A stretch of DNA of 64,000 nucleotides from Felis catus (GCF_018350175.1 NC_058368.1:149360001-149424000); one strand, 5' to 3'; shown: positions 24,660 to 37,500, counted from the first letter of the stretch. Notes: generated by a model not told the origin, from the letters alone. Translations and numbers: made by a program.

Positions 24660-25570
24660 ATCTAAGTCATTGTTTAAATACACATAAGAGTGCAATATTT
24701 TTATTGCTTGAAAAAGATGATGAGCATATATAACTTAAAACTTCTTAAAATACGTTATTCAGTCTAAAGATTTGGTCTGCCTTAAGAATGGCACATTTTT
24801 AAAAAAAACAGTGTCAAGGCAACCAGCCACTTAAAGATGAACAACTATTAAAGAACTGGAGAAGGTTTTTTTCAGGAAATTGATGGGTAGAGGAAAATAG
24901 GGATGCAGAGAGAGATTATTGGGTTTATATTCCATTGATTTACTAATCTCTGTTTGTAATGTGGAGTTGGGAAAGCAATTGACCATCAAAATATTTAATG
25001 GCACTTTCTACTGGGCAATGTGTTTTTCATGTTCCCTTTTGCCGTCCCCATGTGTGCTCATACCGTGGAGAAGGGCAAAGAAGTATGATGTATGGTTCCT
25101 GCCTTTAGGGACTCTAATATTTATTAGTAGAAATGGGACAAAAGAGTTAAAACATGTATATTTATTTATGCACACATATGTGCGTAAACATATTAGAAAT
25201 ACACATCTATATATTTACACTTTATAAGTTGATATCTCTTTATGTATTTATGTAAAACATTTTAGGAATTAAGAATGATTAGGCACTAAATTGCATCATT
25301 TAGATACAAATTTACTGTAAAATTTCAGGGAAGGAAATACCAGCAGGGACTAAAACAATCAAACTTAATTCAGGACTTAACAACCTGGGCTGATCGTCTC
25401 CAATATTTTAAACACTTTAAGTTAGTACATCTTGGGTTTGATAATAGATGGCCTGATGCTTACCATAGGTTGGGTTTTCCCCACATTTAATGCTTGTAAT
25501 AACTCATTATTCACCATGACTAAGTTTTAAAAATCAAGTATTGTGAAACTTAAAAAAAAAAATTACTTCC

Positions 25571-25790
25571 GGGGTGTTTGAGTGGCTCAGTTGGTTTAGT
25601 GTCTGACTTCAGCTCAGGTCATGATCTCGCAGTTCCTGAGTTCAAGCCCCGCATGGGGCTCTGTGCTGACTGCTTAGAGCCTCGAGCCTCCTTTGGATTC
25701 TGTGTCTCCCTCTCTCCCTGCCCTTCCCCTGCTCATGCTCTGTCTGTCTATCTTTTTCTCTCTCAAAAATAAATACTAAAAAATATTAAA
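25571..25790 (+). mobile_element. Feline Can-SINE
   Basis: ggggtgtttgagtggctcagttgg...gttcaagccccgcatggggctctgtgctgac, (CT)n, A tail; followed by a (GAAT/GAAC/AAAT)n tract at 25822-25870. Confidence 0.94.
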
Positions 25791-27028
25791 TTTTTCTAAA
25801 TACTTTCTAAATATTTTAGAAAATGAATGAACGAACGAACGAATGAATGAATAAATAAATAAATACATAAATATCACCCTAAAGAACAAAACATCCTGCC
25901 AGCATAATGGCTTAGGTGGATGAATAAGGACAAGTTTATTGAACCAACAAGGGAGCTTTGCAAATGTTTGTTTATCTAGGTTTGTTCTTTGGAGGTGCCA
26001 TTTTAAGAGCAGTAGCAAAACAGAAGCTTTGTGAAGCTTCAGGGCTAGTAGGGGAGAGTTTGTGACTGAACCCTTTGCCAATATTGCAGCCAGCTGTAGT
26101 ATTTATTAAATAGCATTTATATTTTAAGGTAACTTCAGCAATCCATCTTTCAAAGACTTTATCTCCTTGGAAGCATATTTAAGGTGAATCCTTTTATTGG
26201 TCCTGGAGGAAGTCCAGTCTAATGATACCAGATGAAAAAAGCAATGCAGCACTTTGAAGGAAACACATCAGTTAAGTCTCAAAATAGTACATTTTTTTAA
26301 AGTACAAATGTGTGATTTAAAGTTACTCTCGTCTGCTTCAAAATTCTCATTTAACATTTATGGAACTTAAATTTTGTGGACACGCTTACTGGAATTAGAA
26401 AGAAAATTCAAAGGGTAAGTCATTAAGGAGTTTAATATTCTGTGGGACATAAATACAGAGTTAATTTTTATTATACTTTAAAAATTAATTTGTTTAGTAT
26501 ATAGAATGGACAATATACACTATAACATTTGAAAAGTATAAAGCATCTCCCAATCATCCAATTCTCAGAAAGAGCCCCAAGAAGAAGCCTTAGATTATCT
26601 TTTCAGAGAGGTACATGAGCAAATAGGCTTGACTCATAAAATAAAGACATCAAATATGAAACAAGTTCCAACTTTATAGTGATTGAATACAAAAAAAGTC
26701 AGGGAAACATGGTATTGATGAATTTAACAACTTAGAAATCCTTAGGCCCTTCTGATGGTGCCATTGAGTTTCACAGATTTGGTTGTCAAACCTGGAATGG
26801 CAAGCAGAAGCTGGACCAATGGAAAGTTCTATTAAGGCTAAGGAAGGAGAATGTGTGAGATGGAGACCTCATGCATGTTGACCACTCTAACAGCTGAGAC
26901 AACTTGCTTCCAAATGATATAATTCCTACTGCTTACTTACCATTATTATTGTATTTATTATTTCTAAGAGACTGTATTTTATAAAACTGCATACAGTAGA
27001 CTGTTTCTTCACTAATGTTCCACAAAGG

Positions 27029-27200
27029 AGTGGTATTCAAACTTGAGTGAGCACCAGAATCACACTGCCAGCTGATTTGAAGTGCATTTTCTCAAGCTTC
27101 AACCACAAGGGATTTTGACCCAGAGTATTTGAGGTAAGGTCTGGAGTCTGCATTTTGGGGGAGTCACTCAGATGATGCTATTACAGTGATCCTATGAGTT
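27029..27200. mobile_element. MER5A-like MITE, degraded
   Basis: 'agtggtattcaaacttgagtgagcaccagaatcac...gagtctgcatttt...cagatgatgcta'. Confidence 0.6.
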
Positions 27201-28115
27201 TCCAACTCACAAATGGAAAAAGTCCAACAATGAGAAACATGTAGAAATTGGGGGGTTTGTCCAGGCCGAATGTCAGGTACACACCAAGTGAATGTCAATA
27301 TTACAGTTCACTTTAGACTCTTCTCTGGCTTTTTCATGTTTAAAATCACTGGAGAGCAGCCCCAAGGCCAAATGTTCAGACAACTTTGATTCAAACTCTA
27401 AAATCACAACCATAAATTTAATGTGCCTTTTTTCTTGCTGAATCCTTAATTTTTCTTCACACAACAGGTAGCCTAGTTTACATGAATAAATGGGAAAATT
27501 TATGTGAGCAATTTTATAACCTGGTGGGTAAAAATTAACCTTCTGTATCTTATGCTTTAACACAGGGGGGACTTTACTCATTTGTACTAATCAGTATTCC
27601 TTTTTATTCCTTTTATTACAAAAGGAGCTATGGTCAGCCTTTGCAATAAAGCTTTTCCTTTAATATCACAATATAATTTTCTTTGAGATGTTATATTCAT
27701 TGAGACTTAATCTGAGAAAATTACATCAGCTGGAATTGGCTTTGGCACCAGCATTTCAAATTTTTTATTTAAATTAATTGTGCATATATAATATCATGCT
27801 GGGAGTCATTTTCCCAGAATGTAGCCTACCTTTTGTTAGGTAACCAAGAGTTTAAGCATTTTGGCATTTTTATTAACTTTTCAAAGTCACCAGGACCAAG
27901 GTTAGCAATTCTTTATGTACGTTCAGGGCCATTCTCTTTTCCCTGCTCTTGCTTTGGGCTTAGTGCTACTGACCTAAGATTCCACGTGTTATTTTACTCT
28001 TTGACTCCCTATTTAGTTAGCTTCTATGGCATTGGCAGGACTATGTTGACAGGAAATTCAAGATTACTATTTGGGCAAAAGCTGTATCTGCTTGCCAAGT
28101 AGTCCCCCTATCCAA

Positions 28116-28143
28116 ATTGCCATAGCAACCAAAAAGATGGCAG
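28116..28143. promoter_or_regulatory. RFX X-box-like site next to a YY1-like motif
   Basis: aTTGCCATAGCAAC (28116-28129) vs X-box GTTGCCATGGCAAC; AAGATGGCAG at 28134-28143; lies in a repeat-free block. Confidence 0.35.
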
Positions 28144-28364
28144 GTGCCTACATTACAGAATCATACACTGAACAGATGTCATCATTTACAAAATGGTGCT
28201 TTGTTGAATCTGAATGGTTCAAGCAGCTGCAAACAGAATTACTCCTCCTTCAGAAATTTCAGAGGATCAAACCACAAAATATCAATGTCTTGTTAGGGTA
28301 AAGAGCCAAGTGGAACATAATTGATAATTCACCCTGGGGGTGAATACTGCATGTGCACACATGA

Positions 28365-28413
28365 AGTGCACATGCACACACACACACACATGCACACATA
28401 CACACACACACAC
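28365..28413. repeat. Interrupted (CA)n microsatellite
   Basis: cacatgcacacacacacacacatgcacacatacacacacacacac. Confidence 0.9.
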
Positions 28414-28873
28414 CTCTTCTTCCTTATGCACTAAACAGGGACCTATACAAAGTATATAAAGAGTATGTTGAGGACCTGAATGGCTTACAATTAGGACTGA
28501 GACACTAATCTGGTTGGAATATAGCAGGAGAAAAAGGGAGCTCTTTCTCCAAAAGGGGTCTTGTCTAAAAATGGAGATGACAGATAGCTGACACATATGA
28601 CAGGCATGGCTGGAGTTCCTGAGCAAATACACAGTGCCAGATATTGTTAACATTGATTAGCCCTTCCTTCAGATTTAGGGATTGAAGATTTCAGGTGACT
28701 GTCTTTCTGGAAAGAAAGTAAAATAAATGTGATCACATTTAATATAACTGGTATGAATGAATACACAAGATTATTAGAGAATAGATTCCAACAAAGGTCA
28801 TGTGGTAATAAAAGGGGTAAAATAATCTGTAAAGGTTTTCTGTAGAGTAGCTATAGGTAGAGTATACAATTTA

Positions 28874-29305
28874 TGTTTTTTATAATTTTGTTAATTTTAT
28901 TATTTCATGTTAACATTCTTTATTAATGTATGCTACATTTTTATGTGTAGTTATTCTTTTTAATTTTTAAATTTATATCCAAGCTACTTAGCATATGGTG
29001 CAACAATGATTTCAAGAGTAGATTCCTTAAGCCTCTGACCCATTTAGCCCATCCCCCCCCCCACAACCACTCCAGCAATCCTTTGTTTGTTCTGCATATT
29101 TGACTCTCTTATGTTTTTCCTCCTCCCTGTTTTTATATTATTTCTGCTTCCCTTCCCTCATGTTCATCTGTTTTGTATCTTAAATTTCTCATATGAGTGA
29201 AATAATATATTTGTCTTTCTCTGACTAATTTCGCTTAGCATAATATCCTCAGTTCCATCCACGTAGTTGCAAGTGGCAAGATTTTATTCTTTTGATTGCC
29301 AAGTA
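28874..29305 (-). mobile_element. 5'-truncated carnivore/felid L1 3' end with an extended 3' segment
   Basis: L1 3'UTR and ORF2 end ('catatgagtgaaata...gcttagcataata...agttccatccacgtagttgcaagtggcaagatt'); 21-bp TSD ataggtag(a/g)gta(t/c)acaattta at 28853-28873 and 29306-29326. Confidence 0.9.
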
Positions 29306-30241
29306 ATAGGTAGGGTACACAATTTAAACCTTGAACCAAGAAAAGCACATGGATAACTGAGACTGATCCTGAGTGGGGACTGAAGAAGAATATTGAAATG
29401 AACCTTGAAATAGGTTATATTCATTTACTCAAAAACAGCTGATATTTCTCTTTCCTGTGAAACAGGCAAGCAAATTTCTAGTGGCCTTCCAAATGAAGTG
29501 GGAAATCTAGGCAAATATTCAGTTAAAACCCAGAGTGCTTTTCTTAGTGTATTTACTGATGGCTGTAGACGTCTATCCCTTATACTCATGAGATGTGTTG
29601 TCTCTGATATTCTTCAGTATATTTTAGCAATGGAGACAAATGCCACGGTATTAAAAACTTAAGGCTCATCATAGTATTTTCTTTTCTTCTTTTCTTTTCC
29701 TATTTTTCTTTTCCTAAGCAAGCACAAAAAAGAAATTTAATAAGCAATAGGGAAACTTAAAACCATGCCCTCGTTATTGCTGATTTTATATCCAAAGCAA
29801 GTGGCAGATTTTTAGGCTGTTAAAAACAAGGAGTTTCACTCCTGGAAGAAAACTTAAGAGTATGAACCTAAAATCCAAAAAGAATATTTTGTCCAAGACA
29901 TAAAATCAAACTTTTTGAAGGCAAATTTCATTAACAAGAACAGATTAAAAAAGCCAAGGAATGAAGTTCCTGTTTCTTCCTATTTGTGTATTGATTTCCA
30001 GTGCTAAAATTTATAGCCAATGTATTTTGAGAAATCAGAAACACTAAGCTGAACTTTGAGCGACACTGAAAGGCAAGATCCAGTGCCTATACTAGATGTC
30101 CTCTTAGGCCTAGAGATTTCACTTTCATATAAACAATCATAAGCACTCAAGATCATAAGCACTCAGACACAGTTATCATTATGGCAAAGAGGGAGGAGTG
30201 GACCTGAAAACAGGCCACTTTGAGAGGATCTGAAAGTAATG

Positions 30242-30685
30242 TGAATGGTTACCTATTGCCATATATAAACCACTCCTAAATGAATGACTTAACAATCGTC
30301 TATTACTGCTTATGAGACCTTACTGCTGATCTAGGCCTGACCAGGCTCATTTTGGCTGTGTTTGTTCATGACCTGCAGATTGGTGACAATCACCTAGAAG
30401 CTGGTTGTCCGTTAGTCTCAGCTGGGATGGTTTTTCTCTGCTCTATTGATCTTTTCGCTTTCAGCAGGATGAGGGTTGCTGGCGTGGTGGTTAATGAGGA
30501 CCAAGAGAATGAACAGAAATGTGCAAAGCTTCCTGAAGGTCATGTTCATACCTCCACACCTTGGCTTATGTTGCATTCTCTTGGTAAAAGCAAGTTGCGA
30601 GACTGGTCTAAATACAAGAAAGTGAAGGAATAGACCCCATCTCTTGATAAGAAGAACTGCAAAGAACTGTGGCAGTTTCTACCAC
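30242..30685 (-). mobile_element. Old MLT1 (H/I/J-like) solo LTR
   Basis: 'ttacctattgccatatataaaccactcctaaa...cattctcttggtaaaagcaagtt...aatagaccccatctcttgataagaagaactgcaaagaactgtggcagtttctaccaca'. Confidence 0.75.
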
Positions 30686-31391
30686 AAACAGTATGTTCAG
30701 GGAGGATAATATGTCCTCCACCGACCTCCTAGAGAAAAATACAGCTTTTATAACACAATGTTATAGAAGTGTCTAAAATTTCTGGAGATAGCTACCACTT
30801 TTAGCTGAAATACCTCAACCCTATGCTCCAAACTATTTTACACAAGCTGTGACAGAAATGGACTTTTTCAGGCACATATTAAGACCCAGTTGTACATACA
30901 ATACAGTTTTGGGATGCTCAGTAAGTGTTACTGAACTGACTGGGAAAATCCTAAAGAGATGAAGACAAAAGTAACTCATCTATAAAAAACATAAATTGCC
31001 TCAAGTTCTACAACATTCCATGAAGCATAATTCTTACGCTGACTCCTTTGGTTTAGCCGATTTTCCTTTTGGCTAGGAAGGTCCAATGCCTGGTTATAAG
31101 AGGTAGGAAAATTCTGCTGGGTCTTTGGTCAGGCCTGTAATTAAATCCTGATGCCATCTTGGAACTCAGACTTAGAATCTTCTATTGAAACTTCACAGAA
31201 AAGCTGAGAACTATTCATAAATTTACACATACCATATTGATTTTAAGCTATTTATAAGGTATTTAAAAATTGCTGAAAGGTGCATTATGAAAAATTTGTT
31301 TTTGTAAGTAAGTACATTTTAGCTATGAATTCACATCTAGTTCCAAACTAGGTTTTAAACAATTACAAGCAATATAAGTTAAACTCAATTT

Positions 31392-31591
31392 CATTTATTT
31401 AAATGTTTGTTTATTTATTTTGAGAGAGAGAGAGAGAGCGCACACAGGAAGAGGGAGAGAGAGAGGAGAGAGAGAATCCCAAGCAGACTCTGTGCTGTCA
31501 GCACAGAGCCCGACAGGGGCTCAATCCCACAAACCACGCACGAGGGCATGACCTGAGTCAAAATCAAGAATTGGACGCTTAACTGAGCCAA
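31392..31591 (-). mobile_element. Feline Can-SINE (Fc2-like), slightly 5'-truncated
   Basis: Body 'gagaatcccaagcagactctgtgctgtcagcacagagcccgac'; TSD ttaaactc(a/c)attt at 31379-31391 and 31592-31604. Confidence 0.93.
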
Positions 31592-33589
31592 TTAAACTCC
31601 ATTTTAAATAAGCTTTAAAAAATATAAGGAAAAATACATCTTGAATGTTTATGCACTGAACACAAAATTGCCTGCATCATTTCTGGCAACTGATGCAGAG
31701 AATGGAACAGAACCAAATTTCACAATGTAGTATGGTGCACTGTGGAAGCTATAGTTTCTTCTGATGCATATTTTTATATTCTCCTTTAGAGAACATCATA
31801 CCTAATTTTGTACCTCTGATAGGAATTATCAATCATGGTGAAAATGGATTTAAATATTGATTAAGCAATTGGTAAATTTACTAATCTGGCTTACAAATTG
31901 AGAAAAACTTCTATCTTAAATTTGTAAATTCTCTATATATCATTTATTTTCCTATCCACTGAAAATGGATATTTTATAAGTGGAAAACCTTAGCAAGTAA
32001 ATAGTACAGTACTTAGAAGAATAGCAATACATACAACTTGTGTTGCAGGTTCCATAGTTCTTAAAAAGGAAAACATTTTTTTTCCAATATTTTAGTCTGC
32101 AAAAGTGTGTGTCACTTAGAATTATGTGTTGATGTTTGGCTGCAGACCATTTTAAGCCTTACTTTACCCATCAGTGGGAAATTTCCTTCATTTTATGAAT
32201 ACCAAGTCAGTGAAAGAATAGTAGACCAGTCAAGAAATCCTGGACTGAGTTCGGCACTCAGGATCTATGAATCATGAATAATAACATAAAGTAAACAGTC
32301 CAAAGCTGGAGTCAAAGCAGGTCATACACACAAAGAAGTTTTATGTTACTTTAAAATCCCCCCTCAAAGTTCCCTCCCCCAGCCCCATAGGAATGACTGC
32401 AAAAAAGTAAGGAAACCCAATAGTGGTTTCTTAATCCTTTATCTCTTTGCTTTTTTCCCCACTGATAAAGAGGGACTTTGTTGGCACCAGAAACTAGCAA
32501 AAGCTCTCTTGATTACAGCATCCAAGTGTTTTAGAATTACTTGCTGAGAAACTCCCGCAAGCATGATGCAGTCTCCCTGCCCTTTGATCTGACACAGACT
32601 TCTCTGTGCAGCACGAGTCCTGCCCTTCTTGTGTGGTACAGACAGCCTTGTCTCTGTGGGGTTGCGTTACTAGCCAAGCATTAAAAACAGCACATGGATT
32701 AGAGGGCATGACACAGTAAAGAGACAGATAGTTAAGCATTACTTTCGAAAAGAGAGAGAATGTAATCAAGAGCACTTTATTAAGAAATCACTGGTTTGAG
32801 GGATGAAGCACTTTAGAATGGAAAGTCCAGAATTTTGTACAGCAAGTCTATAAATTTGGAATGTCACCGTCCTCCTCAGTCATGTTTTTTTTTTTTAATA
32901 AGCTTTGATTTAATGATCAAATCAAGGTACATCAGAGCCAGTTTCCATCATTCCCTGAAACAAGGCTCTTTCAGTAATTGTTGATGATGTCAAGCTGAAT
33001 ATCCTGCCCTTCTGACAGACACAGATAGTATAGTCCCAGTAAGGTCATGGTTACAGGGTGATACAAGGTTAGCCAGACCTATGAGGGCAGTGAAAACAAT
33101 ACAGAGATTACAGGATAGGACACAAGGGAAGGGATTGCGACAACGATGTGCACCCTTAAGAGGAAGAACATAATTACAGGATACAAATATCTTAGAGGTA
33201 AGAGCATAAAGTGGAAAAAAGGAAATTAGCATGACAGTGACAAATGGCCCAAATTTCCTTTTCAAGGAGGAACAGCTGAGCCAAAGTAATAATAATAATT
33301 AAAACAAGTTCTGAGAGTAAAAGTAGTTGAACCTGATAATGAAAAATGTCTCCATATTCAGAGTTGATTAATACTTAAAATCCTCATATCAAAAACGAAA
33401 ATGAAAGTCATCTTGTATCTAAATCCCCTCCCCCTCCCCCTTTCATCTTCTTTCCTTCCTTCCTACCAAGTCTTCATGACCTGCCATTCTCCTGCTTCCC
33501 CTGGATTATAGGGCTGGTGATATTTTTAATGTCTTCTCTACTTTTTTTCCTCACGTTCTTCACATTGAGCCAGTAAGACAGTCACTTTC

Positions 33590-34265
33590 ACCCTCATGAT
33601 TCGCTCAATTCTCCCTTTTCTTCCCATCTCCATGGCCACTCCCCTAATTGAGGCCCCACTTCCTTCTAATCTGCACCCAGGAGAGCAGTTGCTCTTCAAC
33701 TCCAAGCTCTTCTTTCCCTCAAGAATCTTCTTGCCTGACGGGGGATGTGTCTTCCAATCGCTTAGCTGGAATGTTGTTATTTCTGGATAAGAAATACTCA
33801 AGGATGTCTCCACTCTACTAAGCAATGAGAAAATAGCTACTCCTTGAATTCAAGCTTCTCCTTTGCTTCAACATGATTCATCCTCCAGCTTTATCTTGTA
33901 TCTCCCCCATACTCAAGGGTACAGCACTTTCCAAACATAGTCTAAGCTTTCTTTTTCTAGTCGTTTGTTTTAGAAGTTTCTCCACATATGTGCCTACACT
34001 TCAAAATTCAGCTCAGCTGGTGCTTGTCCATGAAGTTTCCATGACCCTAGAAGGCAATCTCTTTTTCAGAAACACTTCGTCCCTGTATTTGTAACTACCC
34101 TGATGCCATCCTAATTTGCTTTAAAAGAGTTTACATACTTGGTCACAAATCCTCCTTGTTGCATTGTACACTTCCTGAGAGTAAGAATCCAGCCTATTCA
34201 GCTGTTATGTAAACTATTAGGTGCTACATATGCAAAGTTTGAATAAATGTTTATGAATGAATAAA
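33590..34265 (+). mobile_element. L2 3' region, degraded
   Basis: 'ttcttcccatctccatggccactcccctaattgaggcccc...ttgtacacttcctgagagtaagaatc...aataaatgtttatgaatgaataaa'. Confidence 0.6.
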
Positions 34266-35454
34266 GTGATAACGATTAATTTTAAAATTTGTTTTACTTG
34301 AATGTGAGTGAACTTAGACTTGGCCATTTAAAGATGTCGCTGTTCTTACCAAAATAGAGAAAGCAAACTAAATGTTACTTCATTCTAAATAAAGTCAGTA
34401 GCATTTGCCTCATCTGACTGGCAAACAACCTTATCCAAACTAGCCTCATGCTGGGCTCAGCTATTTTATATTACCAAACTTCATAACCAAGAAAGTTGTG
34501 TGTACACTGAAGGAAGATATAACAATGTTAATACTGGCTATTTCTGAAGTAGACCATTTGAGGTAATTTTAATATTGTTTCTTATTTCTGCATTTCTAAA
34601 GAATATATAGCATTTATAGCTAGATAAACATTATTAATAAGGGAAGAATTTTAACAATGGATTATCTTTGATGGATGATTATAAAGATAGAGATTTTGAT
34701 GTCGATAGTGCTGGAATCTGAGAATACAAAAAGTTACCCTGCACAGATTGAAGGTGACAAGACTTACATTTTGAAACAGTAACACTAAAGGCAATTTAAA
34801 AATACAGCGCAGAAGACAAAAACTTGATGTGAAGAGGACACTTGTTACTCTTGATAAGTAATACGATAAAGGTTTGAATTAAGATTGTACCAGTAGGAGG
34901 AGAGGAAAGTTCAAATCTTTATCAATGAGTTTTAATCAACAATTCAGTGAGGTGACTGAGGGAGCGAGAGGATCTTTTAATAGTAAAAGACTGTTCATAA
35001 CCTGACTGATAAATAAGCTGTTGCCTTCAATGCTAAGAGGTAGTAGTTAAGTGATGCAAAACTTAGCTGACGGAATTGGCTACATAGATGGTTCTGACAA
35101 AAAGAAAGGCTGTAAAGTCATCAGGGAACAGAAACCTGATATGTGAGCTCTTATCTGCAGGGACTTCTGGTCAGTTTGAGTCATGCAGTCAGAGGAGATA
35201 ACAGGGCTTCCTGTTGAGATCTTTTACAGAAAAAATGCTGCCAAGAGCTGGCTCTGCAGGAAAGATGGTGACAACTTTCTCTAAAAAGAACCAATAACTT
35301 TAATGAAGGAAACACGTGACTCTGTAAAGCAAGGGGTAGTGGTAGGATGGGCTGTAGCTTAGGGGCAAAGATAGTGAATTTGTTAATGATAAGTAATTAA
35401 TTGGTTCAATTTACCAGTGATAGATATGAATTAATAGTCACCCCAAGCTTGTAT

Positions 35455-35497
<43 letters not shown>
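35455..35497. repeat. (TG)n(TA)n microsatellite within the left TSD of a SINE
   Basis: tgtgtgtg followed by about 14 TA units. Confidence 0.95.
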
Positions 35498-35498
<1 letters not shown>

Positions 35499-35505
35499 AT
35501 ACATA

Positions 35506-35650
35506 TTTTTTATTTTTATGTTTTTTGAGAGAGTGAGAGTGTGAGTGGGGAAGGGGCAGAGAGAGAAGGAGAGAGAGAATCTTAAGCAGGCTTTATGCCC
35601 AGTGAGAAGCCCGAGTTGGATGCTCAACCAACTGGGCCATCCAGGCACCC
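35506..35650 (-). mobile_element. Feline Can-SINE (Fc2-like) with internal deletion
   Basis: 'gagaatcttaagcaggc...agcccgagttggatgctcaaccaactgggccatccaggcaccc'. Confidence 0.9.
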
Positions 35651-36064
35651 TGCATTGTATATTTTTAAGTCTTTATTTCATGGCCTATATTTTGGACATT
35701 TAGTGTGACCACTATATCTACCACCATTTTAAATATAGAAATCTATAGAAATGTAATGTTAACTTTATCATTTTTACTTATTGGGAGGTACTAACTCATC
35801 AAGTTTCATAAGCATAATTGAGTTTGTACCAACTATATAAAATTCACTTGTAATGCCTAGGAGAAAGCAATCTTCATAGTGAACTTTATAATTTTAACCT
35901 TATCTTGTGAATAGAAGGACCTAAATCCTTAGAGTTATCCTCTTTTACTAAAATACATATCATTCCTTCTTTTTAGCTACCAACATTAGATTAGATGAAA
36001 CAAGAGGAACTAAATGACTCAATTCCATTTCAACATTCTCTTAAACTAAGAATCACAAAATGCC

Positions 36065-36190
36065 CATGGTGTGGATTAGAACAGAAAAGACACATATTCT
36101 AGTTTACCACCAAGACTCAGCATTTTGAGCTTGGAGAAGTGAATGAATCTTTCTGTACCACAATGCCCTCTTCTATAAAGTGGGCATTTC
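36065..36190 (+). mobile_element. Degraded MIR
   Basis: 'ttctagtttaccacca...tgagcttggagaagtgaatgaatctttctgtaccacaatgccctcttctataaagtggg'. Confidence 0.55.
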
Positions 36191-36204
36191 AGCTGCAGGA
36201 ACTA

Positions 36205-36585
36205 TAAATTTCCCTGATATAAATATTCCCACTATGGCCAACTTATCAACCCACTTAGAAAATTCTTGAATATTTTGGGGCGCCTGGGTGGCGCAGTCGG
36301 TTAGGCGTCCGACTTCAGCCAGGTCACGATCTCGCGGTCCGGGAGTTCGAGCCCCGCATCAGGCTCTGGGCTGATGGCTCGGAGCCTGGAGCCTGTTTCC
36401 GATTCTGTGTCTCCCTCTCTCTCTGACCCTCCCCTGTTCAAGCTCTGTCTCTCTCTGTCCCAAAAATAAATAAACGTTGGAAAAAAATTTTTTTTAAATA
36501 AAAAAAAAAAAAGAAAATTCTTGAATATTTGATAATCAACTGTAGAGGGTAAGTAGAATCAATATGGATTGAATCTAACATATAG
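36205..36585. mobile_element. MER63-like hAT remnant interrupted by a young SINE
   Basis: 'taaatattcccactatggccaactt...aaaattcttgaatattt|gataatcaact' resembles MER63 'aaatactcccaccatggccgattt...aaaattcctgaaaatttaacaatcggct'. Confidence 0.5.
36277..36511 (+). mobile_element. Young feline Can-SINE
   Basis: Nearly all CpGs intact; variant phrases gcgcagtcgg, ccaggtcacgatctcgcggtccggg, ggctctgggctgatggctc; A tail; perfect 19-bp TSD agaaaattcttgaatattt at 36257-36275 and 36512-36530. Confidence 0.98.
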
Positions 36586-37199
36586 TGGTAGAGGGGAATA
36601 GATTTAGGAAGTTTCAGGAAGTAAGGGTTGCAGAGTAGAAATAATAACTTAAAGACAGATTGAGATCAGGTTGAAATCAACAAGGAAGTCCACAAATAAG
36701 ATCATTAACTTCAAAAGCTAAGCAATAAATACTCATAACGATAGGTGGAAAAGATCTATAAAATTGTAATGCTTGGAAGATTGAAACCTGGAAAACAGAT
36801 GGAGGGGAAATATATGAAATATGTCAATTTAGTTAACAAGTCTGTAAGGGGCAGAGTTTTATAAAAGTGGTATGATCACTTATTAAAAGTTGATATACCA
36901 AAAAAATAGTTATAGACACTGCAGCACGAAGGCAAGTTTACATAGACTAGTTTTTATGTACCGACAGCCATTGCCCAGACAGGCAGCCTGGGACATTAGG
37001 TAGGATGCTCAGCAAGACCTACTGTATTAAGTTTTGCTCAAGGTGAAAAGAGGATAGAATCATCAGATAGTGGTTACCTAGTTCCAGCTTTGTGTCTGTG
37101 CCATTGCCTTCAGAGTTTCCCAGTCATGAGTCCACCCCTACTTCCATCCCAGGATCATTCCTACTCCTGTTTTTATAAAACTTTCTTAATCCAAGTCTC

Positions 37200-37500
37200 A
37201 GCCCTTCTTGGTGCTATTGGTAAGTCCAGCAGACTTTCTTAGCTAGTTCAAGGAATGCAGTCTTGTCTATTGGGCTCTCACATGAATCTTCTTGATCTCC
37301 TGTGTGTGCATCTCACCAAATTGTCTTAAGCCAGCTGTACACTGTAGACTGTGCCAAAGAAAAACTGACTCCCAAAAAGCTAACTCTCTAAAGTCTAGAC
37401 TTCACCAAATTTATTTTTCTATGATTTTAGCCTTGGTTACTGTTTAGTGCTCTCCCTAGAATCAGTAAGCTGGGTTCTGTTCCCTTGATCCACAGATTTC
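37200..37500 (-). mobile_element. Possible ancient CR1/L3 ORF2 remnant
   Basis: Minus-strand translation gives ...SLDFRE...EIKKIHVRAQ..., reminiscent of the CR1 'LDFR...K..ILRAQ' linker; weak. Confidence 0.25.

Noticed and set aside
30137..30165. 15-bp tandem duplication around atcataagcactca
   Set aside because: Ordinary slippage duplication with no further structure.
36277..36360. tRNA gene (A and B boxes present)
   Set aside because: It is the tRNA-derived head of a Can-SINE followed by (CT)n, an A tail and a TSD; the same applies to every SINE head here.
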